NCBI RefSeq assembly: GCF_023055435.1
Contig: NW_025964372.1
Coordinates: 19,406,001-19,470,000 of the forward strand
Origin: Haliotis rufescens
Taxonomy: Eukaryota
Length of the DNA stretch: 64,000 nucleotides
Direction of reading: 5' to 3'
A program made the translations under genes and the position numbers. The notes under the pieces are model-generated. The model was not told where the DNA came from, searched no databases, and worked only from the letters and a program-made list of their open reading frames with translations. Below, piece by piece: positions 62,968-64,000 of the stretch (positions are counted from its first letter, which is position 1; each line of letters starts with the position of its first letter).

Positions 62968-63900
62968 CTGCAATTACACACAAGAAGAGACATTGGTGAA
63001 GGTATGAGAGTTTACACATAAACAGCAACACATTCCTTTCCATAATCATAAGAAATCGCTTCTAATACCAGAATACACGGTACCATTACGGCGATATCAT
63101 AGGTATGTGTTTTTGACTTTCTTCTTTTGTATTGGACACCAAAGCTCTATAAAAAGCCGTACAATGAGGGATATATTGCTTGGTCGAGCAAATGAACCGC
63201 CAAATCCTTGTATCAAAGATTTTCCAATCCTTAATGCAATTATGAAAGGACTACCTTTATATTCACAGAACGTATTTGAGAAGCAGAAAATACGATCAGT
63301 CCAATAATATTTTCATGCGGCAAGACGCTAACCTTTACGAAAATTATGTGGTGTTAAGCAGTTGCTTAATTTCACTAAGCAGTTGCCTTGCTGATGTGTT
63401 TCTTAATGCCTAAGAATCAAAATTTCTTTTTGGATTGCAAAATAAATACACAGGAATTTGGCCAAGACGTTTAACTATTGCTATAGGTACATAGATGATC
63501 TGATATTGTTAAAAAATGGTGAAATACCCAATTCCCTTCCTCATGAAGTAAACGAGACCAGCCAAGACAGTATCATATGATTCATATTTAGATCTCTGTA
63601 TAAAAATGACTAAAGCGCAAGCGTTTGGTACACTTTTAAGGAACAATCGAGCTTGCTCTTACCACGAAGATTTCAAAGACCGTCATATGACTTTTGCTCA
63701 AAAGTTGTTTGATCGGGTTTGCAAAATAAAAGTGCAAAAGATATTCCGCGACTTGGTCTCATATTGAAGTTGCAAAACTTATTGAACGCCTCTCGTATGT
63801 CTTTGAAACACTGCCATAGTCTTAGAGCATAGTAGGAAATGATTTTTACTTGATAGCATGGGGAATTATTCATACATATGCAAGTGAACACACTCAGTTG
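62100..63900. mobile_element. Scrambled Penelope-like RT fragments in both orientations around the IR exon at 62867-62967
   Basis: - strand INTMWIL...VKTFNFSTLQTTL (about 62250-62350); + strand LAKTFNYCYRYIDDLIL (about 63455-63510). Confidence 0.55.
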
Positions 63901-64000
63901 TAATCAAACAGATAGAGTACCAATGCACGGTGACTTGGCTGATGTCGTGTCATTGTACCCTGTCAGAATAGGACTTTGCTCATAATTTATGACACTAGTG

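Overview
Eukaryotic, intron-rich and repeat-dense DNA. The SINE families and gene content point to a gastropod mollusc, probably abalone-like (inference). Manual splicing gives six protein-coding genes with GT-AG introns and matching phases. (1) A 3-exon double-hotdog, acyl-ACP-thioesterase-like gene (-, 5126-10432). (2) PSMB1 (-, 6 exons, 13812-19177). (3) LSM2 (+, 4 exons, 19443-24041), head-to-head with PSMB1. (4) A divergent MYORG-like GH31 glycosidase (+, 28091-32085). (5) A 5-exon secreted Ly6/uPAR three-finger protein that the ORF track does not show (+, 38120-44940). (6) The 3' six exons of a divergent ionotropic glutamate receptor/IR (-, 49652-62967). The rest is four SINE-like families sharing one 3' tail, an intact-ORF Tc1 transposon, nested MULE/Kolobok MITEs, hAT and pogo MITEs, L2, R4/Dong, Penelope, Harbinger and Crypton remnants, several minisatellites and one assembly gap. 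The most interesting items are the hidden three-finger gene, the FAT-type thioesterase with an intact D-N-H...E(C) catalytic signature, a palindrome of two hammerhead-ribozyme motifs, a tRNA-headless SINE-like element with a pseudoknot-capable 5' end, and satellites derived from a SINE tail or expanded inside a Penelope RT. No database searches were run; family calls rest on recognised motifs.
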